Below are positions 26,001-61,253 of a stretch of DNA of 64,000 nucleotides, one piece after another. The stretch's first letter is position 1, and each line of letters starts with the position of its first letter. The stretch is from assembly GCA_051362555.1 (NCBI GenBank), contig CM120641.1, positions 19,468,001-19,532,000 on the forward strand, given 5' to 3'. The translations under genes and the position numbers were made by a program. The notes beneath the pieces are model-generated. The model saw only the letters and a list, made by a program, of their open reading frames with translations, made no database searches and was not told where the DNA came from. The stretch is from Lingula anatina. Lineage: Eukaryota; Animalia; Brachiopoda.

Positions 26001-29000
26001 AATTTGTGAGCACATACTTACTTTCACCGGAGGCAATGTATGTATCAATTATAACTTGAGCTCCATTGAAAAAATCTCCAAACTGCGCCTCCCAAATGAC
26101 TAAGGATGTAGGATTTTCTATACTTATACCATATTCAAAGCCAAGAGCTGCAAGTTCCGTAAGAGCACTATTGCAGACCTGTGAGGAAAACAACCATTTT
26201 CCTTCTTGTAAAGTTTATACAACAAGATGGATTATTTTGCAGCACTGAACACTATCAATATGACATAAATAATGTTTTATTCAGTATAATTTTTTATGAA
26301 ATTATAATTATGATATAAATCAATTGAAAAATTATTCAAAATTCTAAAGTAAGTTCAGTAAGTCTACAGTTTCTCAAACCTCAAGAAAGCCCGTTTGATG
26401 TTCCGTCATGTGGTTAAGAGGAATGAAAATCCCATCATGCGATTGGTCGACCAGCATCATGTGACGATGGCTGAAAGTGCCCCTCCCTACATCCTGTCCA
26501 CAAAATCTCACATTGTAACCTGTTATACAAATTTTGCAAAATTACATTCAAGGAGAAATAAGAAAGACAAAGGTTTTTTATAGTTGTTTTTTTTTTCTTT
26601 TTTTAGAGCATTCACAACAGAACAATTATCAGAACCTTCTAGACATCTTAGTTTAATTTCCTAAGCACACTATCATAATACTAATTCTGTGTTATTACTA
26701 CTTAGTATAAATTTAAATGCTGTAACAACTTAATATTTCACATTCCCCAGCAAGTTGCCTTCACTTTAGACTTGGGAATGTAAAATACTGCTTATACTTC
26801 CTACTTGCCTTGCAAAAGTAAAGAGCCTACAGCCAAGGCTTCAGTAGTTGCCCAGTCCAAATTAGACCCATCCTCTATCTGCTGAACACGCTTGCCAATG
26901 TGATGCTTAGATAGCGTATTATGAACTGCCTGTAAAAATCAAATGCTCCTTTTCAAAATTTTAGATCTTGCCCTGGGTGTTACCACTACAACTAAATATT
27001 GAATACAGGTAGGGAAATTAGCAGGATTTTAAAATGTCTGGTCAACAAGACACATTTATTATAACAAAAATCACAAAAATTACCTTGCACATGTATTTAT
27101 ATGTGGAAAGCAAAATGTTATTCTTGAACAGAATTATTCCCTAATATTTGTTACATGTATAACACCACTACATTATTGTGGGGTGTAGCAATGAAACCTC
27201 ACCACATCATCCTGTACTGCCACAGACTTAGCACCAATATACTTCAGGAGATCAGTGGGCACCCCAGTGTCCCATGTTGTTAGACTGGCAGGTGCTTGGA
27301 CATAGCCTGACCAGTGCTTCTCCAAGTGATATGCCTAAAGAGCAAAACAAAACTTTAAAAGAATGTCAGCTTCCTCCAATATCTCTCTCTCTTTCTCTGA
27401 AATTAGTTTAGATGTTGTAAACTGTTAACAATTTGAAAAATATATATTCAGAATCAAACTTCATAAAGATGCTCTATTTATAATGGAAAAAGTCACACTA
27501 CACCCTTGCCTTGGGAATGTGAGTATCAATATTGGTCATTTCATCAATGAGTTCTTTGTTCCAACTGGCTACTGCTGAGTCCAACTCCTCCTTAGAACAA
27601 AGACCTGCTTCCTGAAAAGGTTTCAATGCAAGATAATATGAATGCACTGGAAAATGATTAAACCCATTTTTAATGAAATGACTACAAACAACATGTACTC
27701 TCATGGTACATCCCTTATCATCTTAAAATGAACATTTTGCTAATACATCAGAAGCATGACAAAATGCTTTTAGACTCTACAATATGGGTATGCACTTAAT
27801 ACAAATTTAAATCAGATTTCAGTTTGATAAGGACGAGCTTATCAACCTACGGAAGATAATCGGGCAAAAAAATTAAATGAAGACCAATAAAACTGCATAA
27901 GCTTATGCTATGATATTAGTCACTTCTCAATACTTTAATTCACTTACTACAATATTCGTTGCATAGAGATCTGGTACACTGGCTCTGTTCTTGATGATTT
28001 CATACATAAGTGGCTGGGTAAACGAGGGGTCATCTAACTCATTATGGCCCCATTTTCTATAACAGATGAGATCTATCACAATGTCTTTTCTAAATTTCTG
28101 TCTGTATTCCATGGCAAGCTGGGTAGCTCTAATTACTTCCTAAAATGGAAATTACAAATAGACAGCAATGCTGACAGATAAACAGTTCAAAGTTTAACAT
28201 ATATATCTAATTGTGTCTGTTCATAACATGGGTTAAAAAAACTCTTGATTTTTTGGCAGTTGGTACATCCTTAAAATAGGAGACACAATAATGGTTATCC
28301 AAAACTTGATTTTGAGAAGTATGGCTTTATATGTAAATTTACATTTCTGTAAAATAGAATTATTCTCCATAACCTATATTTTTATGTTCTACACATATCT
28401 AATGTATGTATGTTCAAATAAAATTATCCTAAAATAGGTGCGCAATAAACATACTGTACACTTAACATATGCTTGGATGTCAACATTTTTTATAAAAATA
28501 GTGCTTATTCATGGCTATACCTCAGGGTAATCTCCATTTACATGTATCACGGGACAATCATTCATTTTTGCCAAATCGCTGCAATACAGAGATGATCTGA
28601 AACAAAAAACAGTAGCAATTACACAAACTCTCATCATTCGATTTATAAGCAAAATTTCCTTGCTGTTATTGATATACTAAAATCATTTTGAACCATACCT
28701 TCCCCTCTCAGATGGCGTAGTGAATCCCAGCTGGTTATTGACTATGAGGTGCACACTTCCTCCCACAGTGAAATGTGGAGTGTTGGCAATCACAAAGGTT
28801 TCTGCAACCACACCCTAAAACATTGATTTCAACATCAGTCAGGCTTTTTGTAGGTCTTACTAAACACTACTGTTTTTCCTTCCAAAAATCAAATTGTCAT
28901 AGTTTGTTTTCCCATTGTAAATCAACAAAACCACAATGCTTACTTATTTTCAAATATAAATCTGAGAATGAGAATAAAAACCAAACATGCCAGCAGTCTG

Positions 29001-32000
29001 TATATAAATAGTACAAGGAAATCCGCCTCATAAATATATTTATCAAAATGTATATTGAATAAAAAAAAATCCCACACCTGTGCAGAGAATGATGCATCTC
29101 CATGGACTTGTAGACACAGCACCTTATCCCCCATCACAGCAGCTGGGTCATCAGAGTAATCTCCATCTTTAAGTGTCTGTTGTCTTCCTCTGGCTTTACC
29201 AACAGCTACTGGGTTGTTGGCCTATGCAAACATGACCAGTTTTCATAATTCATATTGCTAACAGCTTTTGCAACATGACCCCGTCTTCCCCATGTCAAAA
29301 TTTAAACCAATGTGTCATCCTGCCACAATAAATCTTGCTACTTATTAAGATATTCCATGGAAGCTAACCAGGCAGCAGCTCACATTATATGCTAAATTAT
29401 TGTTGGAGACAAATTATCTACTGACCTCCAGATGAGATGGATTTGGAATCATTGTGACATGGATCTTCTTTTCACCATAATCTAAATCTACTGAAGAAGC
29501 TGAAATATTTTTTGAAAAAGTAGCATTTTAAAATAGATATTAGTCCATGAAAATATCAAAGTTAAATCATGTATATTATTGAAGTGATTTTTCATATTTA
29601 TCAATGCTGTTTTTTTTCATAAAATCTCCATTTGCTGGAGACAAACTTGCTAAATTCAGTCTCTGGGGTACAACAGCATAAATTATATAAATACTTATTA
29701 TTTTCAATAAACCTACATATTAAAAATATGCATTCTAAAATCTAAATTTATGTAATCAAATTTTGTTTTAATAGTATTAAGGACACAAACATGAATCACT
29801 TTTCACCCTGCTCTGTTTCACTTACTTAGATGAGACAAGACATCCCCACTGCCTTTCACACCAGGAGGAAATTCACTGATGCCTTTCATCTACAAAAGAA
29901 AGTTGGAAAGGTCAGTGTAAGAGTTGCCAAGACAGTTAAACTCAGCCAATGATTGTATATCTATTTTTTATTCATTATGCAACAGTCCAAGGTTTACCTC
30001 TTTCACAGATCATAATTACTACTTCCTTGGATCTATAATAAAATATAATCAATCAAAGTTATATTATTACTACTACATTCCTAAGAACTGAATATTTCAA
30101 AAGAAAAAATACCTTCTGAAACATCTGCACTGGTGGAAATTTGAGCATGCATGTCAGCAAATTTAGTCTTCCTCTGTGGGGCATACAAATTATAACATCC
30201 TGAATGTTATCTGTAAAACAAAAGCAGAAAGTACTACTGGCATATGTGGGATATATATATATATATATATATAAATGCCATTTAGATTAAAAATCAGTTC
30301 ATATAAATACAGAAAACAGGTGAACTTCAGCTTGTGTGTAAATCTCTACAACTTGCACTTAACTAACACAGCGATTACTAATTTTCAAGGTTTTTATTTT
30401 TCAACATCAAATATTAATATTACAAGTCTGTACTTACACTCAGCAGATCTTTCAAATATTTCTTGGAAAAATCCCATCATGCTCTCTGCTCCTTCACCTC
30501 CATACCGCTTCACAGTGGAAAATTTAGTGTGAAGAAAGTGATCAAAAGCCTAAAATGTGAAAAACATATTTCATATGACATTTTCTTTCAGCTTTTTAAT
30601 AAAATATTATATATCAGATCCACAAAACAGATCCACATATTTTATTATTTAATTTGTATATCACCAAATTATTGAATATTTTGGAAGATTATGAAGAAAG
30701 ACAGCATGGTCCATTGAAATGCATCTCTTTGAAATTTTTCTAATAAATGCACCATTCGATAACATTCATTTTCAAATAAATGACTTATGTACATTTACCT
30801 TTTCAAATGTCTGATTTAAGATGGCTTTTAATTGAATCATACATTCTTTTTACATAATATTGATTCAACTAATATAAATGATTTTATGAATTGAGAAGTA
30901 GACAAAATTCATGCCAGTTTTTTTCATAATCTTTAACTTATCAATGCCAATTTAACCATTAAAAAAAGCAAGGGTACCTGACATTTGAGCATAAGGTTTG
31001 CTAATGCAATCTTTTTATCCTTTGAAATTTCTTCAAATTGGCTTTCTTCCCATCTTTTGGCAAACCAGTTCCTCTCTTCCAGTGACTGGAATATTGGGTA
31101 TGAGATTTAATTAAAACAACTGAATGACAGATTTTAACAACATAAATCATACTTAACAGAATATTTTTGTAATCTTGAACTTCTAATTATGATAATATGC
31201 ACTTGCATTGTAAATTTCAATCCCAGTAGCTTATGAAAATATATTACTAAAAAAAGAGGAAGGAAAACCGAAAGAAACTTTCATTAAAAAAAGGCATAAA
31301 ATCTTTTAAAAACAATGAAACTGTTGACAATAATAATAAAGACCTCTCATGTGCTTACAGGCAAATGTTCAAATTCCACTGCACTGTTTCCACAGTAAGT
31401 TTGCTCCAAGAACTGCAAGACCTCTTCAGTGGTGGCAGACTCCGATCCACTGTGCAGGATGCCATAAAGATTGTGAGCAGTGTACTGAGCCTCACCTAAC
31501 CCATAGTAGACAGGATCCAATTCTGCACATTCCCTTTTTTGAATAAATGAAAAGATCACCCACATTTAAATATATTTGATCTTTAAAAAATTTAAAAAGT
31601 AACATGTAAACTTAATTATGGTCCTTTTATTTCAGGCATGGTTTACTAAATGTAGCTTTCGCACTGCAAACAACCAATTAATGAACTAAAAAGCAAGATG
31701 TGAAGTTGTGTAAACTTGACATTTATAAGGATTCAAACACTAGATCTGTAGCATACATGTACCAAGCCTGTCAAGGTACTGGGTATATACTAGCACAAAC
31801 TACTGTATATATAGTGCCTCTCCAAATGTACCAGTACCATTACACACTGCATCGATAAAGTACTAGGATACCACTTGTTGTGATAAGAGCTTTCGTTCCT
31901 AAAAGTACTTACTGTGGTTTAAGTCTCCCTAGGGGATCAAGGGCTGCCTTTCTGTGTCCATGTCTTCGATATGCTGTCACCAATCTCAGTAAATTGCTGT

Positions 32001-32542
32001 TTTCTATCTGATTTTGGATCAAAATGGGGTCTTCTAATGTCGAAAAATAAATTTTGGAAGAAAAACGTAATTTTATATATTATATTTTGCATATATGACA
32101 ATATGAAGACACTAAGGGCATAATCTAAGATAGTGGAAAATAAAAAGTTGCATGTTGGCAGAATTGAAACGATCATCCAATCAGATCGCATAATTTTGGC
32201 ACACCTCCGAATTTTAGTATACTTTGCGATAATAAGTTTTCAACCATGCCCGATCGTCATTAGTTTTAACGACACGTCAATACGATATACAAGCAGTAAG
32301 AAAATAAAAAGCAATTACTAAATATGTACACAGTTGTAGAACACGCTGCGTTATTTTAATTGTGCAGTTAAGCAGGCAATACCTGAGCTAGAACCAAGCT
32401 CGTTGTTTTCTTGTGTCTGAGTTGGCAGTTTATATCCGTATACGGAATGCTTGGTGTGATAGCAGGCTCCCGGTGAACGTCTAAAGTATGCTGACAAACC
32501 CGACAGCCACTGACGTGATGATAATTTACACGCCGACAACAT
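23068..32542 (-). CDS. DHTKD1: 2-oxoadipate dehydrogenase E1 component DHTKD1, mitochondrial; 23 exons, about 933 aa
   Basis: Exons 32542-32383, 32033-31913, 31533-31359, 31085-30978, 30549-30438, 30210-30113, 29889-29826, 29499-29426, 29221-29078, 28814-28699, 28596-28521, 28139-27948, 27611-27510, 27334-27203, 26929-26809, 26519-26380, 26178-26022, 25539-25439, 25100-24999, 24457-24212, 23910-23847, 23672-23587, 23178-23068 total 2802 nt in frame. Arg/Ser-rich presequence; motifs [98 protein letters not shown]. Confidence 0.97.
25716..25973. mobile_element. Palindromic PIF/Harbinger-type MITE in a DHTKD1 intron
   Basis: The 258-bp element folds back along its whole length (ends GGCTTTGTTCACATG and CATGTGAATGAAGCC). 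TTA flanks both sides (25713-25715, 25974-25976), the 3-bp TWA TSD typical of PIF/Harbinger. Confidence 0.85.
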
Positions 32543-32858
32543 CTGTGTGTCCTGATGTGTGCCGATTCGGTGACCTCGTTTGTTGACCTTGACGGCAAAT
32601 AATACTCTCGATCCAGAATAATTACCAAATATTAAATGATTCCGAAGGTAATAAAACGACTTATTTGTCCTCTTTTTATGGAAGAAGCAATAAAAATAAA
32701 TTAATTAATTTAAAAATATTTTTCTATAAATCTTGATTGTTAAAAAACTTTAAGTCATAAAATAATAATTGCCGATGTATCAAATCCCCGCCATATTGAA
32801 ATACCTGAAGAGTCATTAGAGACAGCCGACTGAAAATTTTACACCGCAATTTTGGAAC
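32543..32858. promoter_or_regulatory. Bidirectional promoter region shared by DHTKD1 and TTC8
   Basis: Divergent start codons only 316 bp apart; CpG locally retained; YY1-type motif CCGCCATATTG at 32788-32798. Confidence 0.75.
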
Positions 32859-33192
32859 ATGGATCCAATGTTTCTAGCTTATAGTTTTTTCCGAAGACGC
32901 AAATTCGAACAGTGTGTTAATCTTTGTACTCAGCTCCTTGAAAAGAATCCCTATGACCAGGTAAATCCAGGTTTTAGTTTTTAGTTTTATGTTGAACAGT
33001 CAACTCACAGTCACACTCTCACAGTGACAGGTAGGGGATGTGGACACATATTCTACAAGTAGCACTGAATTGCGAGTCTTCGATACAGCTAGATTATTCA
33101 AGTTACACTTAAGTTTTATTTAAATGTTGATTATTGAAAACCGTAATTTAGAATATGATTTTTGGACTGGTATTTTATTTACAGTATATACC

Positions 33193-33258
<66 letters not shown>

Positions 33259-36200
33259 CATTTCAAATTGCTGTGTTAAGAAGTTTGCTCTTCAACATTC
33301 AGGCTGCTTGGTCCCTAAAGACCAAAGCCCTTACAGAGCAGGTGTATGTAGATGAAGTAGAGATGGATGAGGAAGGTATTGCTGAAATGTTGATGGATGA
33401 CAATGCTATAGCACAAATTACTAGGCCAGGCACTTCACTGAAGAAACCTGGAACAAGCCAGAGTGGACCTAGCCAAGGTGTTAGGTAATTAAAAACAATG
33501 TTTCTTCTGCAGTTTTTATAAAAGCCAGTTTTGGATTAAAGGTAAATTTACAAACTGACTCCACTTTTTTCAGACTGACTCAACATATTTGCATAACAGT
33601 AAATATGTTGAGTCAGTCTGAAAAAAGTGGAGTCAATTTGTAAATTTACCTTAAATCCAAAACTGGCTTTCATAATACAGAATAAAAAAGTAAACCAAAT
33701 TTTGCTGTTGGCCCTTAAGATTCAAATTCTTTGAAATATGAACAGAATGAAAGGCCACCTGCAGCATCATCAAAATTTAAACTAAGTCATTACTTGATAG
33801 TATTTAAGTATTTCTCAATAGGAATTCCTGTAGTTTCCCATTTTAATTACCCTCTAGAAGATCTGTGTTCTAATTCATGCAGATTTATGACACAAGTAAA
33901 ATTTCAGTTAACCTCATTTCGTCAACTTCATTTGTGTTCTCAAATCTTTGTGTTCTCTTCTTACATTTTATACTTACAAATGTTAATATAAAAATCCTAC
34001 TATTTATACTGTCACAAATCTGTTTTAAATTAAACATGTCCATTTCTTTTGTATTCAGACCAATGTCCCAGTCAGGGCGTCCCCTCAGTGGTTTTGTGCG
34101 TCCAGGGACACAGTCTGGTAGACCTGGTACAATGGAGCAAGCAATCAAGACTCCCAGGACAGCCCACACTGCCAGGCCAGTCACCAGTGCATCAGGAAGA
34201 TATGTCAGGCTAGGAACAGTAAGTTGACTAGTCCCAGTTGTAGGCTTTCGAAAATGTTTTGTTTTTGATATTGTAGTTGTTGTTATTAAGTTTCTGGTTT
34301 GGCTTACTCTTTCCCCTAGACAAACAAGTTTTGTGTAATTTTTATAAAATATAAAATATAAATTACATTTGACTTCAGTTTGCATATATCCCCTCATTTA
34401 TGAGTAAAAGGGTTAATTAATATGTTTATTTCAGGCTTCAATGTTGTCTACACCTGACGGACCTTTCATTAATCTTGCAAGGCTGAACTTTAGCAAATAT
34501 GCACAGAGACCTAACCTTGCCAAGACACTTTTCGAGTACATTTTGTATCACGAAAATGATGTGAGAAATGTGAGTATTTATGAATGTCTTGACTTTAACA
34601 CTTTTGTATTTTAAAAAGTCATAATGATCAATGCATTTTAATTGAGTAAAGTAGGAGGACAAAAAATGTCTGTCTTTGGTTAATTAGCTCAAAAGAAAAT
34701 GATCATTTTTTTTTTTTAATTTGGTCAAGTTAAGTAAGTGTGTAATATGCAATTGTTCATTTAAGAACATTTGTATATAATATATAAGTTATAAGTAAAA
34801 ACATGATGTTCCATACCATATTAAAGATGGTGATTTATTGACTGATATAGACTATACAAGGTACTAATTCTATTTTGATACCAGTACCAGGTATGAAATT
34901 AGCTTAGTATTTTTATTGTGTAGCCTGATTTAATGTCAGACCCTACTAATATAAACATATGTTGTATTTTAGGCTTTAGAGCTTGGAGCTTTGGCTACCG
35001 AAGCCTGCCAGTTCAAGGACTGGTGGTGGAAGGTTCAGCTTGGAAAGTGCTTCTACAGGTATGTTTTGTAGTTGTTATTTTGATATGATGTAATTCATTT
35101 AAAAAAAGGGCAAGATGCATGAATATTAAAGCTGTTTAAAACAACTTTTGTCAAATAATTTTGGTCTCTTTTGATGAGGCATACAAATGATATATTCAGC
35201 AAAAGATCAGCATAATTTCAAATCTAGTTGTCAAAGACAAAATAAGTACATACATACAAGTACGTACATATGTAAGTATTAAAAACTTGTACGTAATTTA
35301 TCGAAAGGAAATCACACCTATGGTTTGTTTCCAGACTCGGCTTGTATCGAGAAGCAGAGAGACAATTCAAATCGGCCATGAATCAGATGGACATGGTGGA
35401 CACATTTCTCTATCTGGCTAAAGTATATGTTAGACTAGATCAGCCTTTAACTGCCGTAGAGATATTTAAGCAAGGTTTAGAAAAATTTCCTGGAGAAACA
35501 GCCATCCTCACTGGCATAGCAAGGATATATGAGGTGATTGTGTGGGAAATAGTTTGGAGTAACATTTAACTAGCATCAGGAAAATTATCATTATTATTTT
35601 TAATCCATTTATTTTTCTCTATTTATGTTATTATCTAGCTATTATTTTAAAACTATTTATTATCTTATTTTTCTTTGAAACTGGACCTTGCTTTATGATT
35701 TTGATAATGATTGCTGTTGGGCTGATATTCAAATGCAATTTTCTTTGAAGTGCTGTATTGGAATATTATGGTCTGAGCATAACTTGTTATATGAGTCCTT
35801 TGCCTCATTTATTTTCCTGTCTAATGCAGGTCCAAAAAACATTATTTGTGTGATTAAGGATAGATCAAAGGCATGATTAAAAGGATAAAATTACAAAGGC
35901 AGAAGGTTGGGCCATAAATGTCAAGTGATTAAGTTTGTTTTCCCCATGAGTATTTTGAAACAATTTTATGGGGGAAAGTGTTTGCATGGAAGTATAGGGT
36001 TTGAAATGAATTTTTATTAATGAAATATTAGGTCATAAATTAACAATACTTAAAAACATCACCACTTTATGCTTCTGTTTTACAACAGGGTTTAAATGAT
36101 ATGGAGAATACTGTGAAGTATTACAAAGATGTCCTTCACTATGACAACATGCATGTGGAGGCAATAGCTTGCATAGGGACAAATCACTTCTACACTGACC

Positions 36201-36289
36201 AACCAGAAGTTGCACTGAAATTTTACAGGTATGCATGCTAATAAAATTACACGGCAAGTCTTTTTTTTTAATAGATTTTCCTTTGTAAT

Positions 36290-36334
<45 letters not shown>

Positions 36335-37398
36335 CGCAAAGTGCAGAACAAAATTAGACAAGATTAATGTTCTGCTTGCAATTAGCACTTAATTTTAAGA
36401 AATTACACATATAAAATTTATAAATGTTTTCCTTTTTTTCTAATAAATTTTCAACATTTAATGTACATTAGATGATAACTTTTGAAAATCATCACATACC
36501 TGAGATATAACCTTAGTGTGTATATGCAGTATTATGAATTATTTATGGATTATTTCAGACGTCTGCTGCAGATGGGGGTCCACAATGCAGAATTATACAA
36601 TAACCTAGGATTGTGTTGCTTCTATGCTCAGCAGTATGATATGACTCTGACCTGTTTTGAGCGTGCCCTTGCTCTTTCCACTGAAGAAAATGCTTCAGAT
36701 GTTTGGTATAACATAGGACACATAGCTCTTGTAAGTGAAGAGAAAATATATCTTTGCTCATATGAATTTTTTAAAAAGTCTACCAATATGTTTAGGTAAC
36801 TTAAATTTTTTTAAAATCATTTTTTTTTTAGTCTTGGAGGTTTCACTAATAAAAATAAGACATTTTCTTTATAAGACCATAATCCAAAAAACATTATTTG
36901 CGTGATTCAGGATACAGTGGCAAACAGTGTTGCTTAGAAGTTCATGTACAGTAGCAAATTTTTTCTAAAAATTTCATCAGTAATCTCATTGATTGCCCAG
37001 ATATACCCTTTACAAAACCATGGAGACTATTACAATCTATAAACCTGTTTTGAAGTCGTAATTTTTTAGAAATGAAATTAGCCAGTATCTGTCCAAGGTA
37101 CTCTGAAATCGGTAGGATTAACAAAAAAGTTTCCAAATTTCTAGGAAAATTAAGTGTTTGCTATATGTCCTGTTGTGGCTTACAAAATAAGTTGAATTGA
37201 GTCAGGTTTTTCTTAATAGTATTTTTCATATTTGATTTGTAGGGAATAGGTGATTCCAATTTGGCATACCAGTGCTTTAGGTTAGCATTAACTAACAACA
37301 ATGACCATGCAGAGGCATACAACAACTTAGGAGTGCTGGAATTGAGAAAAGGACATTTAGAGCAGGTAACATTGTATAATGAATATGTGAACTGTTCT

Positions 37399-37443
<45 letters not shown>

Positions 37444-38109
37444 TCATAAGGTCAAATAACTCTTTTTCTTAAGGGTTAAGAATGATAAGTTTTACCTCTT
37501 TTAAAAAATTCATGGTGTGTTACAACAACAATAAAAAACATTGCTTGATGCTAGATTGAAAGTTTTCTCATTTTCTGTTTTAGGCTAGAGCATTTTTCCA
37601 AGCATCTACAGTATTGTCCCCACACATGTTTGAACCTCATTATAACTATGCAGTTCTTTCAGATAGGGTAAGCTAACTCAAGTTTTTTTTTTTCAATCTT
37701 GAAATGAGAAGTAGACATGATTCTCATAATTTTAATTTTGCACTAATAAAATCTACATATTTTCTTCTTACTCCTACTTTGCTATTTTGTATGATTGTTT
37801 CATACTGGTCTAAGTGGAAATGCCATTTTATTTGAGTCCAAATGTGTGTGAGGTTAAGACATTATTATAAAAAGATGGTAAACCCAACAAATAAGACGTG
37901 ACCATCTTTTCAGGAGGCGTGTTTCACAAAGTCTTTATTATAATAGTATGTATGTATTTTCTATTTATTTATTTTTTCAATTACCTTTTCAGGTTGGTGA
38001 TCTCCAAACAAGTTTCAGTGAAGCCCAGAAAGCTCTGACATCATTCCCAGACCATGCAGATTCAAAGGATTTGCTGAAACAACTAAAACAGCATTTCTCT
38101 TTACTTTAG
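32859..38109 (+). CDS. TTC8: Tetratricopeptide repeat protein 8 (BBSome subunit BBS8); 11 exons, 499 aa
   Basis: Exons 32859-32960, 33303-33484, 34059-34218, 34435-34569, 34973-35058, 35335-35533, 36089-36228, 36559-36730, 37243-37365, 37584-37667, 37993-38109 total 1500 nt in frame. Motifs MDPMFLAYSFFRRRKF, NPYDQAAWSLK, RPGTQSGRPGTMEQAIKTPRTA, DWWWKVQLGKC, NNLGLCCFYAQQYD, FPDHADS. Confidence 0.97.
33198..33256. repeat. (TA)n microsatellite
   Basis: Directly visible in TTC8 intron 1. Confidence 0.95.
33521..33670. repeat. Near-perfect 70-bp inverted repeat (hairpin, probable MITE) in TTC8 intron 2
   Basis: Arms 33521-33590 and 33601-33670 are reverse complements with 2 mismatches and a 10-nt spacer. 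Confidence 0.92.
36292..36337. repeat. (GT)n(GC)n compound microsatellite
   Basis: Directly visible alternating purine-pyrimidine tract. Confidence 0.95.
37402..37440. repeat. (TA)n microsatellite
   Basis: Directly visible in TTC8 intron 9. Confidence 0.95.
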
Positions 38110-38774
38110 TATGGAGTTTATCCCTTTGATTTTCCTTATCAGTATATTTATCCAAAGCAATGGGATTTATTAATTTATTAGAGTTTGTATGCTATACATA
38201 GATGGATACAAGATGAATGTGAAGGCAGTTTGCTGTAACTTTTGCCTGTTGAATTATTACACCAAACTTTTTCTTCAGAATTTAGGCATTTGGTGATTTT
38301 TAACTCAGTTCTGATGCAGCCCCCAAGGGTTGGTCCTACTTTAAATGTTCAAAGATTTTTTTTAATTTTTCAAAAACCCAAACTAAAATCAGATGTGAAA
38401 CCAATTTGAAGACAAGTCTTTATATTTAATATTCTTTATGAATTTATGATTTACAATTAAAATCTGCTTTGTGAATTAATGATTAACATTAGAAAGTGTT
38501 TAAAGATATTTTTGTGAAACATTCTTTTACTGAATATCTATTTGTAATGAAGTAATTGAAGTATGTTTTTGCTCTACTATTGTGCAAATGCCTATAAAAT
38601 AGATTTTTCTACAAGTTTATGATGATTTTGAAAATACACATACAGGAAACTCCGCGTCAAAGCATTGAGGAACGTACTACAATGTAGTACATGTAGTACT
38701 ATAATGTCTCTATTTCAAAACACTTTGTGCTGGTCAGAGTAAACATAAAAAGTACTGAAAACCGTTATTTCAAT

Positions 38775-38780
38775 AATAAA
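38775..38780 (+). terminator. Candidate TTC8 polyadenylation signal
   Basis: AATAAA followed by a T-rich tract, close to where the CpG-poor TTC8 body gives way to the CpG-richer kindlin upstream region. Confidence 0.4.
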
Positions 38781-38919
38781 CGCATTTAAGTTTCAAGTCA
38801 TTTTTTCCCTTCAATGCTTTGTTTTATGTTATCGTGTTGACATTAGGCTCGATCTTAAAAGTGGATCAAATTCCTTCTAGAGCGGACAGTTGTGGTGGAA
38901 GTACACTCCCATGAATGGA

Positions 38920-39400
38920 ATAAGTGACGTCACATGTCAAAACTGACAACCTCAATTTGATTGGCTTAGAAATAGGTAGAGGCTGAGATTATGTGCGCTG
39001 TTTTTTATCATAACATTTACAAATGGTAGGAATGCATCCATTAAATCGTGTGCTAAAATCATTTACCCTTTTAATAATCTCTTAAAGCGTTTGATCAGTT
39101 CGAAGTACCTTATATCTGTAAATTGGGTCAAGAAAAGGTCAACACTACTATGAACCAATCGACGCCTTTGTTTCAATCACAAAATGCCCGCAACTATTTG
39201 CATGCTGATGCCCAAATAGGGTCATAGGCATCTTTACGATCACATTGGACTTGATGGTTTCTGGATTTGAGGTGGAATTTGAGCTTAATTTCAGGAAGAT
39301 TTCTACTTGGTGATTCGTAGGTGCATCACGGCGGCCATCTTTCTAATAATATATCTAAGAGTGGAAGCAGTTTACATCCGGAAGTGGGAAAGTCAACTTT
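38920..39400 (+). promoter_or_regulatory. Putative kindlin promoter
   Basis: CpG-retaining region with the CRE palindrome GTGACGTCAC (38924-38933), ATTGG at about 38960, YY1-type GCGGCCATCTT (39331-39341) and ETS/GABP-type CCGGAAGTG (39378-39386). Confidence 0.55.
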
Positions 39401-39665
39401 TAGGCCAGTAATATCCCACGAACACGACAAATCTTCGGCACTGGAGGTGCACTCCGGATCTATCGTTGTTTATCATGTAGAGATACTGGTCTTCATAGGC
39501 TGGACTTTCTCTTTATAGTACTTAACACACATATTTGATTTTAAGTGAATCTGATTTCACAGAAGAACTATATATTTTAGGATTAACGCGTCGGAACTCG
39601 ACTAGTACACCATTACTAGTACATAACAGGATAGAGTTATCAAGTTGCTACAAAAACCTTCCAAA

Positions 39666-61101
<21,436 letters not shown>

Positions 61102-61122
<21 letters not shown>

Positions 61123-61253
61123 GTAAGCCTACAGGTTTTTTCGTACAGAATAGAAAATGAGTTGATACTAAAGCAAAATTGAATTTATGGTAAGCCTACA
61201 GGTTTTTTTAACAGAATAGATAACAAGTAACCACTAAGGCAAAATTGAATGCA
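61102..61253 (+). repeat. Tandem repeat of about 66-67 bp (2.3 copies) spanning a kindlin exon-intron junction
   Basis: Units start at 61102, 61169 and 61235 (TAARGCAAAAWTGAAT). ATGGTAAGCCTACAGGTTTTTT occurs twice. Confidence 0.9.

Noticed and set aside
33885-34397. 170-aa - strand ORF
   Set aside because: Antisense to TTC8 exon 3 and its flanking introns, with no recognisable domain.
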